This document shows, one piece after another, positions 52,307 to 63,294 of a stretch of 64,000 nt of DNA (its first letter is position 1; every line of letters begins with the position of its first letter). This DNA is from Hydrolagus colliei (Eukaryota), in contig CM068744.1 in assembly GCA_035084275.1 (NCBI GenBank), positions 13,640,001 to 13,704,000 on the forward strand, read 5' to 3'. The notes beneath the pieces are model-generated. The model was not told the origin of the DNA. It worked only from the letters and a program-made list of their open reading frames with translations, and made no database searches. The position numbers were made by a program, and so were the translations under genes.

Positions 52307-52796
52307 AGGACATCAGCTGCAAAACTTGACCAGCTGGTCTATACCACCACCTGCTGTTCACCGATAGGTCCAGCATCTTGTTTCAGCAGTTTTCCGTATC
52401 GTTTTCATTGAATAGTATTTACTGTATTATTAATAATACCTACCTATCACATCATTGAAACATTTCAAAGCACTTCACAGGATTTCACTGAAAAGTGCAG
52501 TAACTGTTTATTTGTAGACAAACATGGGCAGCCAATGTTCCCCAAATAACCATGGAGAATTGTTGGCCAGGATATTGGAAGAGACTCCTCTTTTTGAATA
52601 GTGTCATATGATATTGAACATCCACCCGACCAGGTGGGTTCCCATTGAACATCTTATCTGAAGGACACCACTTCCCTTAATCTGGCATTCTCTCAGCACT
52701 TGATTCAACCTGCAGCCTTCTGAATCAAAGACAAGAGTGCTGCCAACATTGAGACACTCCTAGAATATATTTTCTAATTGTTTGATGCCAGCATGT

Positions 52797-53117
52797 ATAA
52801 TAATAATGATAATAATTCTTGCATTTGATTGTGCACTTTTCACATCTTATCGACGTCTCAATCATAATATATTGTGAAGTGAATTGACTGTATATTTGTG
52901 GGTGAAACACGGCAGCCAATTGTGCAAAGCAGTGTCCCACAAACAGTCGTGGATTGAAATAACCATTTTTTAAATTATTGTAGGGTTTTTTTGACGGATA
53001 AATATGAGGCGTTGTAGAGTAAGGAAACTTGATCAAGGTTTCATCCTGACCTGCCTGGATTCGAACACAGGTCTCATGCTTGCAAGGCAAGTGCTCTATC
53101 CACTGAACTGCAGGAGT
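52797..53117 (-). mobile_element. tRNA-derived SINE, full length
   Basis: Head, B box (GGATTCGAAC on the + strand), core and tail. Confidence 0.88.
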
Positions 53118-53618
53118 AGTATGTACCCTAGCAGTGTTCTCAAACTGGAAGTGACATTCCAGCAGTATAAATGAACTATGACTGTGTGGTATTTGCTTCG
53201 TAATTTGTGTTTATCTCAGGCGTAACATAATTATGTCCTCCAGTTTTCTGCTGTTTCAGTACAAATCAATCTGCACAACAAGCCAGTTTTAACCATCAAA
53301 AGCCTAAGACTTAACCCCATTCAAAAAGGAACTATACAAGAATGTAAAATGTAAAGATATTAAGGGATCTAGGAAAGGAGCTGGAAAGTGGAAAAAATCA
53401 GCAGGATGACTCATAAAAACAATAGACATAGATGTAGCACAGACGCAGACACCTTTTGGGTTGAAAAGTTCTGTTGCTAAGAGTATCGTAGGTTCCAGGC
53501 TATGCAGACACCGAGATAATTATACATTTAATTGAAAAAAACTCAAATTAGAACCCAGTTCCCAACAATAATGAATGAAATTCAACCAAAAGACAAATGG
53601 AGTCCTGTAGCTCAGTGG

Positions 53619-53860
53619 TTAGAGCACTCTACTCACAAGCATGAGACCTGTGTTTGAATCCAGGCAGGTCAGGGTAAAACTTTAGACAAGTTTCCTTACT
53701 CCACACACCTAATAATAATCCCTCCAAAAAAAAACGATAATAAATTGGTGATTTCAATCCACAACTGTTTGTGGAATACTGCTGTATTTTGCCCACAAAT
53801 ATACAGTCAATTCATATCAAATGCAAGGATTATTATTATTATTATAGTTATTAGTATTAT
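53619..53860 (+). mobile_element. tRNA-derived SINE with internal deletions
   Basis: Head GGAGTCCTGTAGCTCAGTGGTTAGAGCAC. Tail stem-loop deleted. Confidence 0.88.
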
Positions 53861-54489
53861 TAAATGCCACACAGGTTATGTCCACTGAAGCTCTGTGGTT
53901 ACCAAGAGTAGACAACAACAAAATTGTAACTTGCACAGTATAGACAATATGGTTCCCTTGGTAGAACAAAGTACAGTACATCCTAAAATACAGAAACCAG
54001 GACAGAAAGAGACAAGAAGAGAATAATTCTCCAATGTCACAGAGTTTCTGGTAAGTTTTGCACTACTAATGTCATAGAAATCTACCATTTAAATCTGTTA
54101 ATAATAGTCCCAGTGCCTCCAGGCACCACTTCCTCTTGCTGTCTGTAAGGTCAGGCTTAGTGGATCTTTCAATGATGAAGTTGCTTCCCTCCAGCTTTGT
54201 GAGATGATCCACATTGCAAACAAAACAGATTGTAGCATTAAAACTCTGGCACACTGGAGATTGGTGTCAAAAAACACCATTCTTTGGTGGAAATGTATAT
54301 CTAGTAAGAGGATTCTTTGAGATGTGCATCTGTAAGCCATTTGTAACCATCTAATAGCTTAAGAGATAAAACTATTCAAAAAGGATCTACTGTATACAAG
54401 AATCTAAGAAGTAAACATATTAAGGCTTATTAGCTACACAAACAATAGGTGTTCAAACTGTTGTTGCCTTAGGATATGATACATGTAGA

Positions 54490-54700
54490 CAACAACAACA
54501 AAATTACACACACAGAGCGCCTTTCACATCAGGAGGACGTCCCAAGGCGCTGCACAGTCAGGGGTTAGGATCTGAGCATGTGGGAGGGGCAGGATAGGGG
54601 TGAGGGGTAGGGAGAGAGGTGGGAGGGTGGCAGAAGGCACAATTGTAAAAGAAGTCTTGAGACCGGCCTCGAAGGAGACAAGGGAGAAAGCGGGGTGATT
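54490..54700 (-). mobile_element. L2 3' end
   Basis: AACAACAACAAAATTAC..AGCGCCTTTCACATCAGGAGGACGTCCCAAGGCGCT. Same family as the 4355 copy. Confidence 0.85.
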
Positions 54701-55684
54701 TTAGTTCTTGAGCATCTTCACAATTGCCTAGGTTGTGAAGAGCTCATAAATTAATGTGATATACATGCATATGTAAGCTGGTCTGGGTGGTTAAATATTA
54801 TCAATAATAATATCATTACTTTTTTTTGCGGTTTGCAAAGCAAAATAAGATCTCTTAATAAGCGCTCAATATAAACAAATCACAGAGGAACGCTTGCACG
54901 GGACAAACTACTGAAGGAATATTTCAAAATCAACCTCCCTGAACACAGAACAAGATGCAATCAGCCTAGAAACAAAGTAGTCTGTATGATTCGCTCGATT
55001 AAATTTGAAGACTTCATCTCTCCTACTGAAAATTATGGTCATAATTCAGCCACTTTGCGACATATCATTAAGCAAATTCCGGGTCAGATGAATTCAGGCC
55101 AACCCCATTGTGAATTCCAATCTAGTGATTAATTAAAACCTCGGCAGTGGTGAGGCAGCTAAACCAATTTTTTTTTGAATCCAGGGAATGAGTTTGGAAA
55201 ATCAATTGCTCCCTCGGTAGATAATACACTATAGGTATTGTTAGTATCAACAAGAAATTCAAGGCTGTAATTTTCACCTGGCTAATCAAACCATATAATC
55301 TTGCTTTGATTGCTTCATTGAAAAATACTAACGTGGTTAATGTATTTAAGATCCTTGCAAAGATTCTGAAACTGTTTTATAAGACAAATGCCTTACTCAT
55401 AAATAAATCTTGCATTTGATATAGCGCCTTTTATGTTGGGTGAATTTCTCAAATTGCTTCACAAGATTTAACAACAATAACTTGCATTGATTGATATAGT
55501 GCCCCTCAAGCAGGGTAGCACCCCAGAGTTGTAAAGTGTATTTTGTATGCAAATGAAATGGACAATTTACACACTGCAATGTCCCAAATTCAACCATGAA
55601 ATGAATGACCAATGATTATAAATCTAGTGCTATTGCAGACAGCATGTCAAATGGAGGCAAAGCCATAGTAACAGCCCTTTTGAA

Positions 55685-55959
55685 TATTAATAATAATTAT
55701 AATCCTTCCTTTCAATATAGTGCTTTTCATGTCTTCTAGAAGTCTCAAAATGCTTTACATATTTTGTGGGCGAAATGCTGCAGTCAATTGTGCACATCAG
55801 TATCCCACAAACACTCGTGGATTGAAACCACCATTTTCTTTAGGGATTATTATCAGATGTGTGCAGTAAGGAAACTTGCCCAAGGTTTCCCCCTGCCTGG
55901 AATCCAACCTAGGTCTCTCGCTTGCAAGGCGAGCGCTCTAACCACTGAGCTACAGGACT
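55685..55959 (-). mobile_element. tRNA-derived SINE
   Basis: GCTCTAACCACTGAGCTACAGGAC at the right end, plus core and tail. Confidence 0.9.
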
Positions 55960-56931
55960 TTTATAGAATTTGGTAATTAACTAAGGTCTGAAATGCCTCA
56001 TTATCTTACACTTTTACATCATCACCTTAAAAGTTAGGATTCTGCAAAAGTGCAGGCGTTTTGTAATTGACTTTTCATTTGGAAGCTTGTGAACGGTAAT
56101 AAATCAGCCAAAGCCCAAATTTGTGTATCTTTCGAATCTCTGTACAATTTTTGAATTTAAAACAATGGTATTAAGAATGCAGCCATTAGACTCTCAAGCC
56201 TTTAACTAGCTTTACACTGATTTTAATTTTTCTGGTGGCATCAAAGACTATGATGTAGATGACCTCAGAACAACTACCCAAGTACAGTATATAGTCTTGG
56301 CAAGTCTTGGTTCTCTCCCGCTCCAATTTAATGTACTCCACTCTGCAAAAATGGTGCTATCTACCTCTCACAAATTGTTTGCTGCACCCGACCCCCCACC
56401 CCCCCACCACCCTATCCCACCCCCCAACCATGAACTATCCACTCTATTTCAATTCCTAATCTTTTCTCTGTGGTCATTAAATATTAATTCAATTCCTTTT
56501 AAATGCTATTAAGTATTTTATGCAAAAGAGATGGAATGTAGTTTTTTTTTACCCCCTAACATTTATGTTTAAATCAATGCAATACAGAGATGATGTTGAC
56601 TTGATGATGAGGACTGTAGAGAACTGGACATTCATTAAAGAATAAGATCGTTGTAATACGACAAACAATGGATCTTGTTTTTTTTCAAGTTTTCAGGTAA
56701 GCTATCAAAGTTTATTTTTGTTTGGTTGTATTTTTCTTTAAACAGTTGGCCAGAACGTGCCTGGCAGGAGCACACACCTGATATTTGTATTCATCAAAGC
56801 ACAAGGGAGCTCCAGAACAGAAGAGCGATCAAAAAGGATAATAAGAATAATTCTTGCATTTGGTATAATACCTTTCACGTCAGCAGAATGTCCGAAAGCA
56901 TCGCACAGGATATAATTGACGAAGTAGTGGA

Positions 56932-57118
56932 CCGTGTTACGTGTTACCTTGAGTTACAGTGACTGTTAGTGTGTCATAGTATGTTACAGTGTTAGTTACT
57001 GTATCACTGTTACAATGCCTTGGGATGTCCTCCCGACATGAAGGCTCTATACAAATTAATTTTGTTGTTTTGTTAGACTATGTGCTAAATTGTGTCACGG
57101 TGTTGTTACACTACGTTA
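56932..57118 (+). repeat. Degenerate (GTGTTAC)-like short tandem repeat interrupted by an L2 tail
   Basis: Recurrent GTGTTAC/TGTTAG/GTGTCA motifs. Confidence 0.5.
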
Positions 57119-57459
57119 ATAATAATAATAATAATCCTTGCATTTGATATAGCACTTTTCACATCTTCCTGACATCACAAAGCGCTTCACTGAATATACT
57201 GTAACGTGAATTGACTGTAGACTTGTGGACGAAACACGGATACACTTGAGATTTGGATTCTCTCGAGCATCAACAACAAGATTATATTTGTATAGCGGCC
57301 TTCACGTCGGGAAGATGTCCAAATGCATTGAATGGTGATGGGTTTCTGCAGGTGTCAAACGCTCGGCTGACAAACATTTTTTAAAAAAAAACAAGAAACA
57401 ACAAATTACATTTATTTGCACATCGGGAGGACGTCCCAAGGCGCTGTACTGTGAAACAC

Positions 57460-57776
57460 ACTGTATTGGCGCCCAATTGGAAGGGTTTGTGTGCGGCTTT
57501 GGGCGGGCGCCAGATGTTTTAAAGGTTTAATTTAAAACCGCAAAACCTTTATTGATTTTCATTTCAAACTGAACCTCAGGAGGCGACACATGGCATTGGG
57601 CTACTTTGGGCGGCTTTGGGGGCTATATTGGGCGGGTTTTGAGGCTACATTGGGCGGGGCTTTTTGGGGCTACATTGGGCGGCTTTGGGGGGGGGGGGGG
57701 GGGGGGCTACATTGGGCGGGTTTTGAGGCTACATTGGGCGGGATTGGTGTGTGACGTGCACAGGAAGGGGGGAGCG
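57460..57776 (+). promoter_or_regulatory. GC-rich TATA-less HDDC2 promoter/5' UTR region
   Basis: CpG-rich relative to the window. Six GGCTA(C/T)(A/T)TTGGGCGG units (GC boxes, five with overlapping reverse CCAAT). Also ATTGG 57743, TGACGT 57752 and CAGGAAG 57761, just upstream of the ATG. Confidence 0.75.
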
Positions 57777-57839
57777 ATGGCGGGGCCCGGGAGCGCGAAA
57801 AGCCTGATCCAGTTCATCAGCAGCGTGGGCAAGCTGAAG
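57777..57839 (+). CDS. HDDC2: HDDC2 coding exon 1 (MAGPGSAKSLIQFISSVGKLK)
   Basis: ATG at 57777 in good context (GCGATGG). 21 codons resemble the vertebrate HDDC2 N-terminus (..ARSLLQFLRLVGQLK). Phase-0 donor AAG|GTGAGA at 57840. Joins in frame to exon 2. Confidence 0.93.
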
Positions 57840-57841
57840 GT

Positions 57842-60800
57842 GAGAGGCACTAGCCAGGCAGCCCAGAGAGGGCACTAGCCAGGCAGCCCAGAGAGGGCAC
57901 TAGCCAGGCAGCCCAGAGAGGGCACTAGCCAGGCAGGCAGCCCAGAGAGGGCACTAGCCAGGCAGGCAGCCCAGAGAGGGCACTAGCCAGGCAGCCCAGA
58001 GAGGGCACTAGCCAGGCAGGCAGCACAGAGAGGGCACTAGCCAGGCAGCCCAGAGAGGGCACTAGCCAGGCAGCCCAGAGAGGGCACTAGCCAGGCAGCC
58101 CAGAGAGGGCACTAGCCAGGCAGGCAGCACAGAGAGGGCACTAGCCAGGCAGCCCAGAGAGGGCACTAGCCAGGCAGCCCAGAGAGGGCACTAGCCAGGC
58201 AGCCCAGAGAGGGCACTAGCCAGGCAGCCCAGAGAGGGCACTAGCCAGGCAGCCCAGAGAGGGCACTAGCCAGGCAGGCAGCCCAGAGAGGGCACTAGCC
58301 AGGCAGCCCAGAGAGGGCACTAGCCAGGCAGCCCAGAGAGGGCACTAGCCAGGCAGGCAGCCCAGAGAGGGCACTAGCCAGGCAGGCAGCCCAGAGAGGG
58401 CACTAGCCAGGCAGGCAGCCCAGAGAGGGCACTAGCCAGGCAGGCAGCCCAGAGAGGGCACTAGCCAGGCAGGCAGCACAGAGAGGGCACTAGCCAGGCA
58501 GCCCAGAGAGGGCACTAGCCAGGCAGGCAGCCCAGAGAGGGCACTAGCCAGGCAGGCAGCCCAGAGAGGGCACTAGCCAGGCAGCCCAGAGAGGGCACTA
58601 GCCAGGCAGGCAGCCCAGAGAGGGCACTAGCCAGGCAGCCCAGAGAGGGCACTAGCCAGGCAGGCAGCCCAGAGAGGGCACTAGCCAGGCAGGCAGGCCA
58701 GAGAGGGCACTAGCCAGGCAGCCCAGAGAGGGCACTAGCCAGGCAGCCCAGAGAGGGCACTAGCCAGGCAGCCCAGAGAGGGCACTAGCCAGGCAGCCCA
58801 GAGAGGGCACTAGCCAGGCAGCCCAGAGAGGGCACTAGCCAGGCAGGCAGCCCAGAGAGGGCACTAGCCAGGCAGGCAGCCCAGAGAGGGCACTAGCCAG
58901 GCAGCCCAGAGAGGGCACTAGCCAGGCAGCCCAGAGAGGGCACTAGCCAGGCAGGCAGCCCAGAGAGGGCACTAGCCAGGCAGCCCAGAGAGGGCACTAG
59001 CCAGGCAGCCCAGAGAGGGCACTAGCCAGCCAGGCAGCCCAGAGAGGGCACTAGCCAGGCAGGCAGCCCAGAGAGGGCACCAAACAGGCAGCCCAGAGAG
59101 GGCACTAGCCAGGCAGGCAGCCCAGAGAGGGCACTAGCCAGGCAGGCAGCCCAGAGAGGGCACTAGCCAGGCAGGCAGCCCAGAGAGGGCACTAGCCAGG
59201 CAGGCAGCCCAGAGAGGGCACTAGCCAGGCAGGCAGCCCAGAGAGGGCACTAGCCAGGCAGGCAGCCCAGAGAGGGCACTAGCCAGGCAGGCAGCCCAGA
59301 GAGGGCACTAGCCAGGCAGTCCAGAGAGGGCACTAGCCAGGCAGGCAGCCCAGAGAGGGCACTAGCCAGGCAGCCCAGAGAGGGCACTAGCCAGGCAGCC
59401 CAGAGAGGGCACTAGCCAGGCAGCCCAGAGAGGGCACTAGCCAGGCAGCACAGAGAGGGCACTAGCCAGGCAGGCAGCCCAGAGAGGGCACTAGCCAGGC
59501 AGCCCAGAGAGGGCACTAGCCAGGCAGGCAGCCCAGAGAGGGCACTAGCCAGGCAGCCCAGAGAGGGCACTAGCCAGGCAGGCAGCACAGAGAGGGCACT
59601 AGCCAGGCAGCCCAGAGAGGGCACTAGCCAGGCAGGCAGCACAGAGAGGGCACTAGCCAGGCAGCCCAGAGAGGGCACTAGCCAGGCAGGCAGCACAGAG
59701 AGGGCACTAGCCAGGCAGCCCAGAGAGGGCACTAGCCAGGCAGGCAGCACAGAGAGGGCACTAGCCAGGCAGCCCAGAGAGGGCACTAGCCAGGCAGGCA
59801 GCCCAGAGAGGGCACTAGCCAGGCAGTCCAGAGAGGGCACTAGCCAGGCAGGCAGCCCAGAGAGGGCACTAGCCAGGCAGTCCAGAGAGGGCACTAGCCA
59901 GGCAGGCAGCCCAGAGAGGGCACTAGCCAGGCAGCCCAGAGAGGGCACTGGCCAGGCAGCCCAGAGAGGGCACTAGCCAGGCAGCCCAGAGAGGGCACTA
60001 GCCAGGCAGGCAGCCCAGAGAGGGCACTAGCCAGGCAGGCAGCCCAGAGAGGGCACTAGCCAGGCAGGCAGCCCAGAGAGGGCACTAGCCAGGCAGCCCA
60101 CAGAGGGCACTAGCCAGGCAGCCCAGAGAGGGCACTAGCCAGGCAGCACAGAGAGGGCACTAGCCAGGCAGGCAGCCCAGAGAGGGCACTAGCCAGGCAG
60201 GCAGCCCAGAGAGGGCACTAGCCAGGCAGCCCAGAGAGGGCACTAGCCAGGCAGCCCAGAGAGGGCACTAGCCAGGCAGGCAGCCCAGAGAGGGCACTAG
60301 CCAGGCAGCCCAGAGAGGGCACTAGCCAGGCAGGCAGCACAGAGAGGGCACTAGCCAGGCAGCCCAGAGAGGGCACTAGCCAGGCAGCCCAGAGAGGGCA
60401 CTAGCCAGGCAGGCAGCCCAGAGAGGGCACTAGCCAGGCAGCCCAGAGAGGGCACTAGCCAGGCAGCCCAGAGAGGGCACTAGCCAGGCAGCCCAGAGAG
60501 GGCACTAGCCAGGCAGCCCAGAGAGGGCACTAGCCAGGCAGGCAGCCCAGAGAGGGCACTAGCCAGGCAGCCCAGAGAGGGCACTAGCCAGGCAGCCCAG
60601 AGAGGGCACTAGCCAGGCAGGCAGCCCAGAGAGGGCACTAGCCAGGCAGCCCAGAGAGGGCACTAGCCAGGCAGCCCAGAGAGGGCACTAGCCAGGCAGC
60701 CCAGAGAGGGCACTAGCCAGCCAGGCAGCCCAGAGAGGGCACTAGCCAGGCAGGCAGCCCAGAGAGGGCACTAACCAGGCAGCCCAGAGAGGGCACTAGC

Positions 60801-61615
60801 CAGGCAGGCAGCCCAGAGAGGGCACTAGCCAGGCAGGCAGCCCAGAGAGGGCACTAGCCAGGCAGGCAGCCCAGAGAGGGCACTAGCCAGGCAGGCAGCC
60901 CAGAGAGGGCACTAGCCAGGCAGGCAGCCCAGAGAGGGCACTAGCCAGGCAGGCAGCCCAGAGAGGGCACTAGCCAGGCAGGCAGCCCAGAGAGGGCACT
61001 AGCCAGGCAGGCAGCCCAGAGAGGGCACTAGCCAGGCAGTCCAGAGAGGGCACTAGCCAGGCAGGCAGCCCAGAGAGGGCACTAGCCAGGCAGCCCAGAG
61101 AGGGCACTAGCCAGGCAGCCCAGAGAGGGCACTAGCCAGGCAGCCCAGAGAGGGCACTAGCCAGGCAGCACAGAGAGGGCACTAGCCAGGCAGGCAGCCC
61201 AGAGAGGGCACTAGCCAGGCAGCCCAGAGAGGGCACTAGCCAGGCAGGCAGCCCAGAGAGGGCACTAGCCAGGCAGCCCAGAGAGGGCACTAGCCAGGCA
61301 GGCAGCACAGAGAGGGCACTAGCCAGGCAGCCCAGAGAGGGCACTAGCCAGGCAGGCAGCACAGAGAGGGCACTAGCCAGGCAGCCCAGAGAGGGCACTA
61401 GCCAGGCAGGCAGCACAGAGAGGGCACTAGCCAGGCAGCCCAGAGAGGGCACTAGCCAGGCAGGCAGGCCAGAGAGGGCACTAGCCAGGCAGGCAGCCCA
61501 GAGAGGGCACTAGCCAGGCAGGCAGCCCAGAGAGGGCACTAGCCAGGCAGCCCAGAGAGGGCACTAGCCAGGCAGGCAGCACAGAGAGGGCACTAGCCAG
61601 GCAGGCAGCACAGAG
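57842..61615 (+). repeat. Minisatellite of ~140 units of 25 bp (GAGAGGGCACTAGCCAGGCAGCCCA) and 29 bp (extra GGCA) in HDDC2 intron 1
   Basis: Directly visible, near-perfect tandem units. Unit count estimated from length. Confidence 0.99.
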
Positions 61616-61902
61616 GCTGACCCAGTCCAGTGCTCTCCCACCATCTCTTGCTGTAAAAAGGCAGCAGTGAGTGGATGGAGTCTTTAATAAGATTGAGACC
61701 AGGCACCAGTTTGCAGCTCCTGCTGCCCCCCACCCCAGACCCTGCTCCACAGGAGATTGTGTTGACTGACAATGGACCTCAGGTCAATCAACATCTGAAA
61801 GGGAAAGCCCCCCACCCTCCCCCCCCCAACTACAGTTCTTTCTCCAGAACAGAATTGTGATTCTCTGAAAGCCTTAATATTTGCACTGGTTTTCAATCGG
61901 TG

Positions 61903-62553
61903 AAATAATAATCCTTGCATTTGATACAGCGCTTTTCACATCTTCTAGACGTCTCAAAGCGCTTCACAGAATATAATAATAACATCATTGCATTTGATAT
62001 CGCGCTTTACTGTAAAGTGAATTGACTGTATGTTTGTGGGTGAAACGCGGCAGCCAATTGCGCACTGCAGTGTCCCACCAACAGCCGTGGAGTGAAATGA
62101 CCAATAGTTTTTTTTGGAGGGATTATTATTTCAATATCAAATATAACAATGCTAATGATCCTTGCATTTGATACAGTGCCTTATCAGCACATTGGAGTCC
62201 TGTAGCTCAGTGGCTAGAGCACTTGCCTCACAAGCGAGAGATCTCGGTTCAATTCCCAGCAGGACAACAACACAATTATTTATAGAGCGCCTTTCACGTC
62301 AGGAGGACGTCCCAAGGCGCTGAACAGCGAGGTCGGGACCCGAGCAGGGCGGATTGGGTCCTCTGGGGGACAGGTGAGAGTGATGTGGTCGCGGAGCCTA
62401 GTGCAGGAGAGTACACAAATAATTTCAGAGACAAAATTTGGTGACGCAATCCATGACTATTTACAGTATATTCAGTATATTGTGTGAAGCGCTTTGAGAC
62501 ATCTAGAAGATGTGAAAAGCGCTATATCAAATGCAAGGATTATTATTATTATT
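61903..62553. mobile_element. SINE/L2 cluster in HDDC2 intron 1: SINE (-) 61903-62130, SINE head (+) 62194-62263, L2 end (-) 62264-62415, SINE tail (+) ~62435-62553
   Basis: Consensus-like head, core and tail motifs with few mutations. Confidence 0.88.
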
Positions 62554-62603
62554 AAATGCCTGGAAAGCTGAAATGCGTCAAATAAACATGTGCTTTTCTG
62601 CAG

Positions 62604-62725
62604 CGAGTACCTCGGACAGGTTGGGTATACAGGGATGTAGAGAAACCAGAGAGTGTGTCGGATCACATGTACAGAATGGCTGTCATAGCTTTCCTGACCA
62701 AAGATGAGAAACTCAACAAAGACAG
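62604..62725 (+). CDS. HDDC2: HDDC2 coding exon 2 (RVPRTGWVYRDVEKPESVSDHMYRMAVIAFLTKDEKLNKD-R)
   Basis: Acceptor TTTTCTGCAG| and donor AG|GTACC. 122 nt. Contains the RTGW and ESVSDHMYRM motifs of the HDDC2/YfbR-like HD family. Confidence 0.97.
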
Positions 62726-62965
62726 GTACCTCAGAACTTTGCAGTGTTTTGCATATTGCCTAATTTATTTAAACTGCGTGCCATGCCATCGTGGCACTAC
62801 CCCCCAATTGCATGATCCCATTTTGTGCACTTAATAATAATATGAAGGTTAATACGAGGGATTCGAAACCCAACTGTGTAGGTTGTGATCTTTGGTATTC
62901 TGGTGCCTTGTATTATACTTTTTATTCTTTACTGTGTAATAATTAGAATAATTTCTTCTTTGCAG

Positions 62966-63068
62966 ATGTGTAAGATTAGCTCTGGTTCACGACATGGCAG
63001 AGTGTATTGTTGGTGACATAGCGCCAGCAGACAACATCAGTAAAGAGGAAAAACACAAAAGAGAAAAA
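62966..63068 (+). CDS. HDDC2: HDDC2 coding exon 3 (CVRLALVHDMAECIVGDIAPADNISKEEKHKREK); gene continues beyond the window
   Basis: Acceptor TTCTTCTTTGCAG| and donor AAA|GTAGGT. 103 nt. Carries the HD motif (VHDMAE..GDI). Frame is consistent with exon 2. Confidence 0.97.
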
Positions 63069-63294
63069 GTAGGTTCTAACAGAAAGTTCCTCAGTATTGA
63101 TTTTCCTGCCACGAAGGGCAAGTACACTTTGATGCAATTGTTTCATTTTCCTGCAGGAGGCAATGCAACATCTAACTGGACTTTTGAGTGAAGATGTGGG
63201 TAAAGAAATGTTTGACCTTTGGGAGGTGAGTTACGGTTTGAATGAGATGTAGAGACATATTAATACATTTACAGTATGTATGCTATAACACTGC

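Noticed and set aside
53132-53150. Charlie-like TIR CAGTGTTCTCAAACT
   Set aside because: No matching opposite TIR or TSD found nearby.
1-57000. Window-wide GTGGGAA/TTCCCAC (RBPJ) sites
   Set aside because: About ten seen by eye, near the chance expectation for a 7-mer on both strands. Only the local cluster at 19.3-20.3 kb was kept.
57606-57878. 90-aa ORF with a Gly-rich N-terminus
   Set aside because: Only 57777-57839 is HDDC2 exon 1. The rest is promoter repeat and intron read-through from a TTG start.
57842-61615. CRISPR-like appearance of the 25/29-bp array
   Set aside because: Units are head-to-tail with no unique spacers, there are no cas genes, and the context is a vertebrate intron.
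59412-61750. Minus-strand ORFs with 18-aa repeats (LPAWLVPSLGCLASALSG)
   Set aside because: By-product of alternating 25+29 = 54-bp units. Non-ATG starts, and the frame breaks wherever the alternation breaks.
62994-63191. 65-aa ORF as a standalone gene
   Set aside because: It is the 3' part of HDDC2 exon 3 read into intron 3.
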